IMG/VR virus record: IMGVR_UViG_3300022885_000007
DNA from: an uncultured virus (IMG/VR IMGVR_UViG_3300022885_000007)
Lineage: Duplodnaviria > Heunggongvirae > Uroviricota > Caudoviricetes
Reading direction: 5' to 3' (one strand)
Length of the DNA: 20,000 nt
Position 1 is the first letter of the stretch. The number at the start of each line of letters is the position of its first letter. A program made the position numbers and the translations under genes. Below, in pieces: positions 7,699-15,398 of this stretch. The notes below the pieces were generated by a model. The model was not told the origin of the DNA. It ran no database searches and worked only from the letters and a program-made list of their open reading frames with translations.

Positions 7699-8128
7699 TA
7701 TTATTCCTCATAGTTTGTTGGCCCTTATCTTGTTGGGCAATTGCTCTCGCATCATGTAATGCATTGTGGGGTACCGCGCTATTGTCGCTACTTAAATCTC
7801 GACGCATCTCCATAACGATTGTCGGAAAGTTTAAACATTCGCCTGGTCCAGTTATCAATGCTTCGCAGAAGTGGTGAATATCTTCGGGCCAATCTGCTAT
7901 TAGATGAATATAGTTATACCGATGCAGAAACATATACAAGCGGTGTTGAAAAATATTTATAGGTATAGGTTCTTTTAGTAAGCATGTCATAACATGCTGG
8001 GCGACCCAACTGCTAGGATTTGCGCACTCTAATACTTCGTAAAATTCGGTGCCATCTTCAGCTACCAATGCCATCGAGATTAAATCACCTCTAAAGTCGT
8101 TAAATTCTGTATCAATGTAAATTCTCAT
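7688..8128 (-). CDS. DEDDh/DnaQ-like 3'-5' exonuclease (Rv2179c-like), 146 aa (start revised to MRIYIDTEF)
   Basis: ExoI DTE motif, middle D in DWPED, ExoIII HNALHDA; ATGA coupling at 8128. Confidence 0.8.
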   Translation of the reverse strand: MRIYIDTEFNDFRGDLISMALVAEDGTEFYEVLECANPSSWVAQHVMTCLLKEPIPINIFQHRLYMFLHRYNYIHLIADWPEDIHHFCEALITGPGECLNFPTIVMEMRRDLSSDNSAVPHNALHDARAIAQQDKGQQTMRNNNAS

Positions 8129-8319
8129 TCTGTATTCCATCTCAATGCAAACCAAACCGCATCCTGTTGTTTTTTAAAATAAAAATCAGTTGACTGGTGA
8201 CTACAAACTACATGCCACTTGTTTTTAAACACACTACCTAACCAAATTTCTATTTGATCCACATCTACTGTTTTAAGTGAGACCTTATGTGGCCAGACTG
8301 ATTTTTTTAATTGTCTCAT
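8125..8319 (-). CDS. Small phage protein with YFKxxxDAxWFxLRW C-terminal motif, 64 aa
   Basis: Motif recalled as recurrent in large-phage small genes; AGGA SD upstream. Confidence 0.75.
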   Translation of the reverse strand: MRQLKKSVWPHKVSLKTVDVDQIEIWLGSVFKNKWHVVCSHQSTDFYFKKQQDAVWFALRWNTE

Positions 8320-8325
8320 TATTAA

Positions 8326-8481
8326 TCATATCATTCCTAATACTATCAACACTTTCTCGATAACTAAATAGAAAGACCAGAAGGGAATGACCAGTGCAAA
8401 ACATGTACTCCAAAATCCCTTCGCAATAACAACGCCTGCTATCCAAATACATACGTATATGAAGCCAAATAAGTTATTCAT
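8326..8481 (-). CDS. Small membrane protein, 51 aa (MNNLFGFIYVCIWIAGVVIAKGFWSTCFALVIPFWSFYLVIEKVLIVLGMI), not in ORF track
   Basis: GGAG SD; 8-nt overlap with the upstream stop; hydrophobic throughout. Confidence 0.75.
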   Translation of the reverse strand: MNNLFGFIYVCIWIAGVVIAKGFWSTCFALVIPFWSFYLVIEKVLIVLGMI

Positions 8482-8851
8482 TGGATCTATGCTCCAATTC
8501 ATTTAACATTGCTGTCTTCATCTGAGGATACATACCACTCTGCGTATCAATACACGCTTGTATGTGATCGGTGTCCATCTCAGATAGTTTAATTCGTCTT
8601 AATGGTTGGTCACCGTTGATGCCGTAACTTCCCCAAGTCATTGCTTCACGAACTTTCTCATGTCCATCTTCCAAAGTAACCGTTAAATATTCCTCGTCTC
8701 CGTTACCACTGGATCGCACGTAATCAAACCCGCCGTCAATCATATACTCGTTGCCATTGGCGTCAATATATGTCTTGTAGTCATGTCGGAAAAAACTTTC
8801 TAATATCGTTCCGTCTGGGGTACGTAATGCATTGCTAACCATAGATCCCAT
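8474..8851 (-). CDS. Conserved phage hypothetical protein, 125 aa; paralog of 1292..1738
   Basis: ALRTPDGTILES..RHDY, YMIDGG and WGSYGINGDQP shared with the paralog; GAGG SD upstream. Confidence 0.85.
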   Translation of the reverse strand: MGSMVSNALRTPDGTILESFFRHDYKTYIDANGNEYMIDGGFDYVRSSGNGDEEYLTVTLEDGHEKVREAMTWGSYGINGDQPLRRIKLSEMDTDHIQACIDTQSGMYPQMKTAMLNELEHRSNE

Positions 8852-8885
8852 GGTGCTAACCTCTTTTAGTTAAGTTAAATTATAA

Positions 8886-9049
8886 TGGTGTCCTAACGAG
8901 CTTCTACAAGTCGGGACACCAACTCTCCACCGCTTCGGACTAACGCACCCAAGTATACGGACTACTGTCATCGTATCCCTATTTGGAGATAACTAACCTC
9001 CTTCTCGTCGTAGAGGGGATAAGCAACTACTAGTCTCGGTTAGAGACAC
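8886..9049 (-). ncRNA. Candidate structured RNA element (unassigned)
   Basis: Lies in a 204-nt intergenic gap in otherwise gap-free DNA. At least four local stems plus complementarity between the 5' and 3' ends. G-U pairs in the central domain favour the minus strand. Confidence 0.5.
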
Positions 9050-9055
9050 GTTCTG

Positions 9056-9403
9056 TTAATCTATATCTTTATATAAAACCCGAGTAACGTTTTTAACAAC
9101 GAAACTGCGCCAACCTTTAGCATTGACATCATAAACTACTAAAGTGTTAGTAGGATTTTTAAGTGTTTTTGTGGGTTTTTCTTCTCCCTCTTTAACTACT
9201 TTTACTGGTAAGATTTCAGGATCAAGTGTACAGGTCATTACTCGTATATCACCATCAAGTTTAGTGAAGGTTATTTCCGCAGTTTTAGTGAGCAAAGCAG
9301 TTTGGAGAATTTCTCTGAAGATGATCCAATCAGATTCATCCCAATTTTTCACTAATACATCTCCGTGCGTATGTTTTTCTATTTGCATTATTGAACAATC
9401 CAT
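9056..9403 (-). CDS. WYL_2/DUF2693-like SH3 beta-barrel protein (start at 9403 or 9388)
   Basis: ITFTKLDGDIRVMTCTL...VVYDVNAKGWRSF motif, typical of this family in T4-like phages. Confidence 0.8.
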   Translation of the reverse strand: MDCSIMQIEKHTHGDVLVKNWDESDWIIFREILQTALLTKTAEITFTKLDGDIRVMTCTLDPEILPVKVVKEGEEKPTKTLKNPTNTLVVYDVNAKGWRSFVVKNVTRVLYKDID

Positions 9404-9495
9404 GATTTAAAATTTAAGAGGGGAGAACCCTCGATGTTTCAGACGCTGTGTATAACAATAGTTAGCAATTTGTCAATTCGCGTCTTGTGTTACGT

Positions 9496-9524
9496 ATTAT
9501 ACTATTTCGTGGGAGTTGAATAAA
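9496..9524 (-). promoter_or_regulatory. Sigma70-type promoter TTTATT-N17-TATAAT; possible second promoter TTGACA-N16-TATACA at 9476-9449
   Basis: Perfect -10 box with 17-nt spacer in the gap upstream of the WYL_2-like gene. Confidence 0.55.
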
Positions 9525-9538
9525 GCATTTTGGGTAGA

Positions 9539-10111
9539 TTATTTTTTAGGTTGGGTTCCGTTTCCGTCCAATATACCGATCGTACCGCCTTGTGCCAGTA
9601 TTCTCTCAACCACATCTTCAAATTCGATAGGTCTCAAGCCTATCTGTTCAGCAGACACACACAAGAAGCCAGGATCACGTGCGCCATCTTTCCATACGCT
9701 AGTTGCATGTAAATGCCCATGCACGTTGCATCCAAATCTACCCAATTGAGAAGGGTGAATAGGTATATGGGTAAAGACTAATCCATTAGATACATGACAG
9801 CCTCTAATATCATTAAACACCTCTGCGTATTTGTGTAATTTCAAGGTGTCGTGGTTACCCTTAACGAGAATTTTGATACCATTCATCTGTTTAACTTTAT
9901 CAAGGCCTTGCTGAGTGAGCGCGATATCACCCAACATGTAGACTTTATCAATAGGGCTAACGATTTCGTTGTGCATTTGCACCATTGCGTCTTCCATATC
10001 TTCTAATGTATCAAAAGGTCTCAGTTTGGTCCCATCATGATGATCCGTGAACTTGATAATGTTATTGTGACCAAAATGCAAGTCTGCTATAAAAAACTTT
10101 TTCTGATGCAT
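9539..10111 (-). CDS. Calcineurin-like metallophosphoesterase, 190 aa (start revised to MHQKKFFIADLHFGH)
   Basis: All motifs intact: DLH, GD, GNHD, THIP, HGHLH. AGGA SD upstream. Confidence 0.9.
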   Translation of the reverse strand: MHQKKFFIADLHFGHNNIIKFTDHHDGTKLRPFDTLEDMEDAMVQMHNEIVSPIDKVYMLGDIALTQQGLDKVKQMNGIKILVKGNHDTLKLHKYAEVFNDIRGCHVSNGLVFTHIPIHPSQLGRFGCNVHGHLHATSVWKDGARDPGFLCVSAEQIGLRPIEFEDVVERILAQGGTIGILDGNGTQPKK

Positions 10112-10139
10112 TGTAGTTCCTAATTTATTAATATACCAT

Positions 10140-10168
10140 AGTATATACTTTTTTATTCGGTGTGTCAA
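10140..10168 (-). promoter_or_regulatory. Near-consensus sigma70 promoter TTGACA-N17-TATACT at the head of the leftward gene run
   Basis: Read directly; sits at the strand-switch point. Confidence 0.85.
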
Positions 10169-10175
10169 TCCTTAA

Positions 10176-10181
10176 TAAATA
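10176..10181 (+). promoter_or_regulatory. TAAATA late-promoter-like box, 5 nt upstream of ATG 10187
   Basis: Core of the T4 gp55 late consensus TATAAATA; the same spacing recurs at four other gene starts. Confidence 0.75.
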
Positions 10182-10186
10182 TAGTT

Positions 10187-10891
10187 ATGAATATAATTAT
10201 ACCAGCGGCTGGGAAAGGGACACGCTTCCAGGGTCATTATGACTCTCCCAAAAATCTAATCGATGTTAAGGGTGATCCTATGTTGATCGCATCTGCTAAA
10301 AGTTTACAGATGTATAACCCCGTAAATACCTTTATCTTTTTAATCCCAGAAGATGAATCTAGTCCAATGGACAACGCTCTGGGAGCAAGGCTAAAGGCAG
10401 AATTCCCAGACTGTAAAGTATTTGTCATAATGGGAGACACTGAAGGTGCCGCAGATACTTTAATGAGGGCGGCCGACTTGATAAACAACGATGAAGAACT
10501 ACTTATTGTTAATTCTGATCAAATTATGGAATGGAATTTAGCTGAAAAGAATTTGGTATTTGAAAAACTAGAGGATTATGATGCAGGAGTTGTTACTGTT
10601 AAGAGCGATGATCCCAAGCATAGTTACATCAACCTAGACACAGGTGAAATAGTAGAAAAAGAAGTAGTTAGCGACCAAGCATTAACTGGTCTGCATTGGT
10701 GGAAACATGGTAAAGACTTTGTAAGTTCTGCTAGACTAATGATGCAATCTGGCAAAAGATCACTGGGTGAATACTATATCGGACCAGTTTACAATTCATT
10801 TAATGGCTCCGCTGGATTCTACGAACTAAAAAGTGATCTCATCAATTTTATCGGAACACCCGAAGATTTAAAAGCATATCTTGAAAAGTGA
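10187..10891 (+). CDS. Sugar-phosphate nucleotidyltransferase (GT-A fold NTP transferase), 234 aa (start revised)
   Basis: N-terminal IIIPAAGKGTRF...PK motif, plus GAA, NSD, EK and GTPEDL. Confidence 0.9.
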   Translation: MNIIIPAAGKGTRFQGHYDSPKNLIDVKGDPMLIASAKSLQMYNPVNTFIFLIPEDESSPMDNALGARLKAEFPDCKVFVIMGDTEGAADTLMRAADLINNDEELLIVNSDQIMEWNLAEKNLVFEKLEDYDAGVVTVKSDDPKHSYINLDTGEIVEKEVVSDQALTGLHWWKHGKDFVSSARLMMQSGKRSLGEYYIGPVYNSFNGSAGFYELKSDLINFIGTPEDLKAYLEK

Positions 10892-11208
10892 TCGTAGGGA
10901 AACTTAGCGATACACATCGAGGATGGGTTATTGGCGATTTTGAACCTAGTCTACTAAGAACAAAGGAATTTGAAGTAGGAATTCTAACCCACCTTGAAGG
11001 GGAACAATGGGATGCTCACTATCACAAACTTGGAACAGAGTATAACATCTTATTATCAGGCTCAATGAATGTGTGCGACACTGAACTAGTCGCAGGTGAT
11101 ACATTTATCATAGAGCCTAATGAGGTAGCTGATCCTACATTTCACAAAGATTGCACCATCGTGTGCATTAAAACACCAAGCGACACACAGGATAAATATA
11201 TCATATGA
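10888..11208 (+). CDS. Cupin (RmlC-like) protein, 106 aa
   Basis: RGWVIGDF and HYH...EY...SG...GD motifs; GTGA coupling. Confidence 0.85.
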   Translation: MIVGKLSDTHRGWVIGDFEPSLLRTKEFEVGILTHLEGEQWDAHYHKLGTEYNILLSGSMNVCDTELVAGDTFIIEPNEVADPTFHKDCTIVCIKTPSDTQDKYII

Positions 11209-11930
11209 GTGCAAAATTTGTATTTGATGTTGATGGAGTACTATGTAATCGTGGACAAAAGATGGACACTGAATTTCAACACTGGTTAGAAGATTTTTTG
11301 CAAGACAAAGATTACTATCTAGTGACTGGATCCCATAGACAAAAGACATGCGACCAAATAGATCAACAACTAACACATGGAGCCAAAATAGGGTTTCATT
11401 GTTTAGGTAATTCTATATGGACAAAAAGTGGAGTCGAGGTTGCCATCAACCAACCCCATTTCACAGACAAGGATCTTGAACACTTAAAAGGTTTTCACCA
11501 ATCCAGTTTGTTCAATAAAAAACAATCATGGGAAAATGTATTGGAGAGGAGAAACGGCAGTTACAACTATTCGTTGTGTGCTAGAAACGCCACATCCAAA
11601 GAAAGACAAGCATACATGTTACATGACAGCATGTATAAGGAAAGAGAGAACTTCGTTATTCAATTGAACAACGAATATCCTAGATTTGATTGTTACTTGG
11701 GCGGAGATTGCAGTATAGATATTGTACTAAGAGGCGCGAACAAAGGACAGATTACTGAGTGGCTTGATCTGCATGGAAATGATGACACGATATACTTCTT
11801 TGGAGATAGATGCAATGAATATGGCATTGATAAGCCACTAGCAGATAAAATGATGGCCTGGCCACAATGTGTGGTTTTTGAAGTTGCTGATGGGTACACA
11901 GAAACATGGAGAATATTAAAATCCTTATGA
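11205..11930 (+). CDS. HAD-IIB hydrolase, eukaryotic-type phosphomannomutase-like
   Basis: FDVDG, LVTGS, ERRNGSYNYS, GGDCSIDI, K and YFFGD motifs. Confidence 0.8.
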   Translation: MSAKFVFDVDGVLCNRGQKMDTEFQHWLEDFLQDKDYYLVTGSHRQKTCDQIDQQLTHGAKIGFHCLGNSIWTKSGVEVAINQPHFTDKDLEHLKGFHQSSLFNKKQSWENVLERRNGSYNYSLCARNATSKERQAYMLHDSMYKERENFVIQLNNEYPRFDCYLGGDCSIDIVLRGANKGQITEWLDLHGNDDTIYFFGDRCNEYGIDKPLADKMMAWPQCVVFEVADGYTETWRILKSL

Positions 11931-12403
11931 ATGACAATCTAATATATATCGCACATAGAGGTAACATAAACGGACCTAGTAGTATGGAGAACCACCCTGA
12001 TCATATTAAATATGCACTTACTCAAGGGTTTGACGTAGAAGTCGATGTTAGAGTCATCGATGGAGTACTATTTCTGGGACACTTCGAACCTCAATATGAA
12101 GCACCTCAGGAAATACTAACGAACAATCATGTTTGGTTCCACTGCAAAAATATAGAAGCATTAAGTTACATGACAGGCAATTTTGGCTTTGATAGAATAA
12201 ATTATTTCTGGCATGATGTCGATGATTACACGTTGACAAACAAAGGACATATCTGGACTAGTCCAGGGTGTGAACTAGCTGATCGTAGTATTATGGTGAT
12301 GCCAGAAACATACGAAGAAGATTGGTTAGATTACACGTGTAAAGCAACATGCTTTGGGGTATGCAGTGACTACGTAGAGTACATCAAAGAAGCAAGGGAG
12401 TGA
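11927..12403 (+). CDS. GDPD/PLC-like phosphodiesterase-fold protein, 158 aa (start revised)
   Basis: IAHRG, EN, DVEVDV, LGH and GVCSD motifs; ATGA coupling. Confidence 0.8.
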   Translation: MNDNLIYIAHRGNINGPSSMENHPDHIKYALTQGFDVEVDVRVIDGVLFLGHFEPQYEAPQEILTNNHVWFHCKNIEALSYMTGNFGFDRINYFWHDVDDYTLTNKGHIWTSPGCELADRSIMVMPETYEEDWLDYTCKATCFGVCSDYVEYIKEARE

Positions 12404-13236
12404 GATTAATAGGCTGTGGTGATAGTTGGTGTTGGGGTGCTGAGTTAGTAGACCCGATTGAAGAGCCATCACCTATTATGAATTTACCAGGTGGTGGATT
12501 CGAAAGACAGTTTAAACCTATTAACATGGAATATAGATTAAAACACAGATACATCAACCAACTCGCAGAAAAATTAAATGCTGATGAATTAGTAGACTTA
12601 AGTGACCCATCATTATCGAATGATGCTATAATAAGAAAATTGATGGAGTGGCTATCTACCGAAGGATACCTAACTGACAGAGATACTTCTGATTTATTCA
12701 TCTCGATTGGTTGGACGAGTCCTGAACGCAGAGAGTTCTATTCAAAAAAACCTTGGAGACACAGTGAGACAGGATTCGATGATCATTTTATTGCATTTGG
12801 TCCTTGGAGTATGGATCAAGATCACGAGGACAAAGAATTAGATCAATTCTTTCGTTTATACTTTGATAAGTTCTGGTCGGAGACTGAGTTTATTCACAGG
12901 CACATCAATCAAGTTTGGCAGATAGAAAAGATATTAAAAAACTACGGGATCAAATATGTTATGCACCAAGCATTTTATCATCACCATGAAAAGATGATTT
13001 ATGATTGGGACGATGAAGAATACGAAAAGAATTTCAATAAGATTACACCAGGCGACAAAGTATTATGGGAATCACTTGACAGTGATGCATTCATAAGATA
13101 TACTACCGCATGGCAACATATGTTATCTAAAGGAACTGCCGAAGAAGTTTTTATCATCTTTTATCCTAGTGCTAACGGACATAAACATTGGGCTGATTAC
13201 TTGTATCAACATTGCATAGAGAAAAAGTTAATATGA
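12400..13236 (+). CDS. SGNH/GDSL-like hydrolase or acyltransferase-fold protein, 278 aa
   Basis: GDSW block I, SNDAIIR, IGWTSPERRE. The C-terminal motif reads YPSANGH rather than HP. Confidence 0.7.
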   Translation: MRLIGCGDSWCWGAELVDPIEEPSPIMNLPGGGFERQFKPINMEYRLKHRYINQLAEKLNADELVDLSDPSLSNDAIIRKLMEWLSTEGYLTDRDTSDLFISIGWTSPERREFYSKKPWRHSETGFDDHFIAFGPWSMDQDHEDKELDQFFRLYFDKFWSETEFIHRHINQVWQIEKILKNYGIKYVMHQAFYHHHEKMIYDWDDEEYEKNFNKITPGDKVLWESLDSDAFIRYTTAWQHMLSKGTAEEVFIIFYPSANGHKHWADYLYQHCIEKKLI

Positions 13237-13433
13237 AAGCTAAAAAGAAAATAAAGAAAGGCAAAAACAAACCCGAAGTAGGGGACTATATTGTACACAG
13301 AGAATCTGCGATTAATAAAGTCAATGAAGGTAAGATTGTACATATGTTAGCCATGCAGTTTGTATACGAAACCCCGGCCGGTATTGAACGTTTCTGTTTG
13401 TTTTCTGCGGATTGGAATCATATAGAAAAATGA
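13233..13433 (+). CDS. Small basic SH3-like protein, 66 aa (start revised to MKAKKK)
   Basis: ATGA overlaps at both ends; PEVGDYIVH...EGKIV. Confidence 0.7.
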   Translation: MKAKKKIKKGKNKPEVGDYIVHRESAINKVNEGKIVHMLAMQFVYETPAGIERFCLFSADWNHIEK

Positions 13434-14305
13434 AGTGGAATCACATAGCGGTGGTGCTACGCGGCCACGTTCGCACATGGCATTTTATTTATCCACTAGT
13501 GTTTAAGTTCTACGAATCTATTGCAGAAAATGTAGACTACTATTTTATTACATGGGACACTAGCAATACTAATGGGATAGAAGAAACATTTGAAGGGAAA
13601 AACTTAATTCATTTTCAAGTGGCACCAAACAACTTTAGCAACGGCGGTATGGGCGATGATGGCGATGATGGTCAATTTTACAATGGCTGGACTGGACCTG
13701 CATTCATGCAAACATTGTTGATGCCGCATATAAAAATACAAGAGAAAAGGTTAGGCAAAAAATACGATGCATTTTTTGATACTAGACCAGATGTCTTGCC
13801 TCAACGTCAGAAAATATTGTACGGAAAACATACAGGTAAAGAACTGTCTTGTATATTACCAGAACAGGATTCTATATATGTATTGGGAATAGAAATACAC
13901 AAAAACCAATCACCATTCGATCCACGTGGTGGACAACCAGATGTTGCTATCAAAGATTGGCTCATCATGTCTCGTGGTAAAGAACTAGAAATAATGGCAA
14001 GACGTTATAGCCCCAATGAATTTATATACGAACCTAACCAACAACCAGGTAGTCAAATAGAGTACAGAGAAATAGCGGAAGGCTATGGCATTACTATATG
14101 CACAATAGACTGGATGGTTGCAACTGTGGTGCGACCGAATGCATTTGAACTTGATTGGAATAAAAGAAATAATTGGGAAGCAATTGATCTGGAATCAAAG
14201 AAATGGCCTCACCTAGACAAAGACACTAAAATTGCAGTATGTGAAAATTATGGTATTGCAGTCTCAGACTATACAGACACGCACTCAATTACATGTAAGA
14301 TTTAA
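13430..14305 (+). CDS. Putative glycosyltransferase-like protein, 291 aa (start revised to MKWNHIAVVLRGH)
   Basis: The IAVVLRGHVR...YFITW...YDAFFDTRPD pattern resembles a viral GT-like family; function is inferred. Confidence 0.6.
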   Translation: MKWNHIAVVLRGHVRTWHFIYPLVFKFYESIAENVDYYFITWDTSNTNGIEETFEGKNLIHFQVAPNNFSNGGMGDDGDDGQFYNGWTGPAFMQTLLMPHIKIQEKRLGKKYDAFFDTRPDVLPQRQKILYGKHTGKELSCILPEQDSIYVLGIEIHKNQSPFDPRGGQPDVAIKDWLIMSRGKELEIMARRYSPNEFIYEPNQQPGSQIEYREIAEGYGITICTIDWMVATVVRPNAFELDWNKRNNWEAIDLESKKWPHLDKDTKIAVCENYGIAVSDYTDTHSITCKI

Positions 14306-14735
14306 GAATCTCTTTCATCAATACAGGTTGTTTTTGTGCTACATCTAGTTCCCATGGTAACATCAAGTATTCTTTATAGTCTATTTCTGTTAGATCAATT
14401 TCATAAGGTACTTTATCCCATATAAATATACCAGCATACGTAATCATCAGTCTACCCTCATACATTTGATTAACGTGTATTAGCTCATGCACTAGCGGTA
14501 TCATCAACTCGTTAACAGATAGGGCTAGACTCAGACGAATAAGATTTGAACTTGTGTTATCTAATGATGAATCTGCATAAGTGTGAGGGGGCATCTCTAC
14601 AAACTCTATGGTAAGTTTCTCTGGCAGTTGCATAAGCTCCCCTAAAGCAACGCAAATACTTTTTGCTATCTTACACTTGTTTTCTTCTGCATCGCATAGG
14701 ACATTCGTTCGGGGAAATTTAAAATTTAATTGCAT
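14289..14735 (-). CDS. Zincin-type HExxH metallopeptidase-like protein, 148 aa
   Basis: HELIHVNQ followed by LPWE (probable third ligand E). Confidence 0.8.
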   Translation of the reverse strand: MQLNFKFPRTNVLCDAEENKCKIAKSICVALGELMQLPEKLTIEFVEMPPHTYADSSLDNTSSNLIRLSLALSVNELMIPLVHELIHVNQMYEGRLMITYAGIFIWDKVPYEIDLTEIDYKEYLMLPWELDVAQKQPVLMKEILKSYM

Positions 14736-14740
14736 GCTTG

Positions 14741-14757
14741 TATTTACTCGCTAAATA
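14741..14757. promoter_or_regulatory. Back-to-back divergent TAAATA boxes (minus 14746-14741; plus 14752-14757), each 5 nt from an ATG
   Basis: Plus-strand text: cat-gcttg-tattta-ctcgc-taaata-tacat-atg. Confidence 0.8.
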
Positions 14758-14762
14758 TACAT

Positions 14763-15398
14763 ATGGCCACACTAACAGATTTTATTATTAATTGGGGAGA
14801 AATTGTAGAACTTGATTTCCCCAAAATGGATTTGAACAGAATAAGAAATGTCTGTGATAACCATCCAGGCTGGAAAGAATACCAGCCACACAAGAAACCT
14901 AACAATCGTTACGGATTAAGTGTCACTAGTTTAGATGGTGGATTTAGTGGTGAGCCAGATTTGTACAGTTTACGAGAATGGGCCAAAATGTATGGGGAAG
15001 ATTATTTGGAAGGTGATATAGCAACTCGCACAAATGTATGTGCGTTGTTACCAGAGCTGGACCAGTTTCTAAACTTTTGGGAACCTAATTTAGGCCGCAC
15101 ACATTTCCTCAGATTAGATCAAGGCGGACATTTCCCGCCTCACAGAGATAACGGAGCACTAGTTGCAGTGCCTACATTTAGAATTCTTGTGCCAATATAC
15201 AATTTTGGGCCCAATGATATGAAGTGGATACACGAAGACAAAGTATTAAAATTAGAATTAGGTGCAACGTATTTTATCAACACCAGTAGACTGCATAGTT
15301 TGTTTAGTTTTGTTGATAACTGCTTGATGCTTGTGTTAAACATAAACACTGATGAACATATATTAAAAAGGATGGTAAAGAAAATTGTTGCAATCTAA
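14763..15398 (+). CDS. 2OG-Fe(II) oxygenase, aspartyl/asparaginyl beta-hydroxylase-like, 211 aa (start revised to MATLTDF)
   Basis: HRD...H facial triad (PPHRD; NTSRLHSL) and double-stranded beta-helix pattern. Confidence 0.8.
   Translation: MATLTDFIINWGEIVELDFPKMDLNRIRNVCDNHPGWKEYQPHKKPNNRYGLSVTSLDGGFSGEPDLYSLREWAKMYGEDYLEGDIATRTNVCALLPELDQFLNFWEPNLGRTHFLRLDQGGHFPPHRDNGALVAVPTFRILVPIYNFGPNDMKWIHEDKVLKLELGATYFINTSRLHSLFSFVDNCLMLVLNINTDEHILKRMVKKIVAI

Noticed and set aside
8870..8971. 33-aa minus-strand ORF MTVVRILGCVSPKRW... inside the structured gap
   Set aside because: Not coupled to neighbours and lies inside predicted stems. Not excluded, but unsupported.
8886..9049. tRNA, tmRNA or pistol/hammerhead ribozyme identity for the structured element
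   Set aside because: It ends in ACCA but has no T-loop (TTCRA) or cloverleaf. UAGUUGCUUA recalls a pistol segment, but the required pseudoknot pairing is absent. No CUGAUGA/GAAA hammerhead core.
9418..9432. GAGGG/CCCTC hairpin as an intrinsic terminator
   Set aside because: Only a 5-bp stem with an interrupted U-tract, lying between a promoter and its gene; too weak to call.
320..9749. Plus-strand ORFs in the left half (320..544, 654..878, 1354..1554, 1697..1888, 1909..2124, 3951..4229, 9144..9410, 9516..9749, 9530..9712) and 168..362 (-)
   Set aside because: Antisense or alternate-frame shadows of better-supported coupled genes.
14421..14428. Perfect TATAAATA on the plus strand inside the peptidase gene
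   Set aside because: Intragenic, with no start codon at the characteristic distance; plausible by chance in AT-rich DNA.
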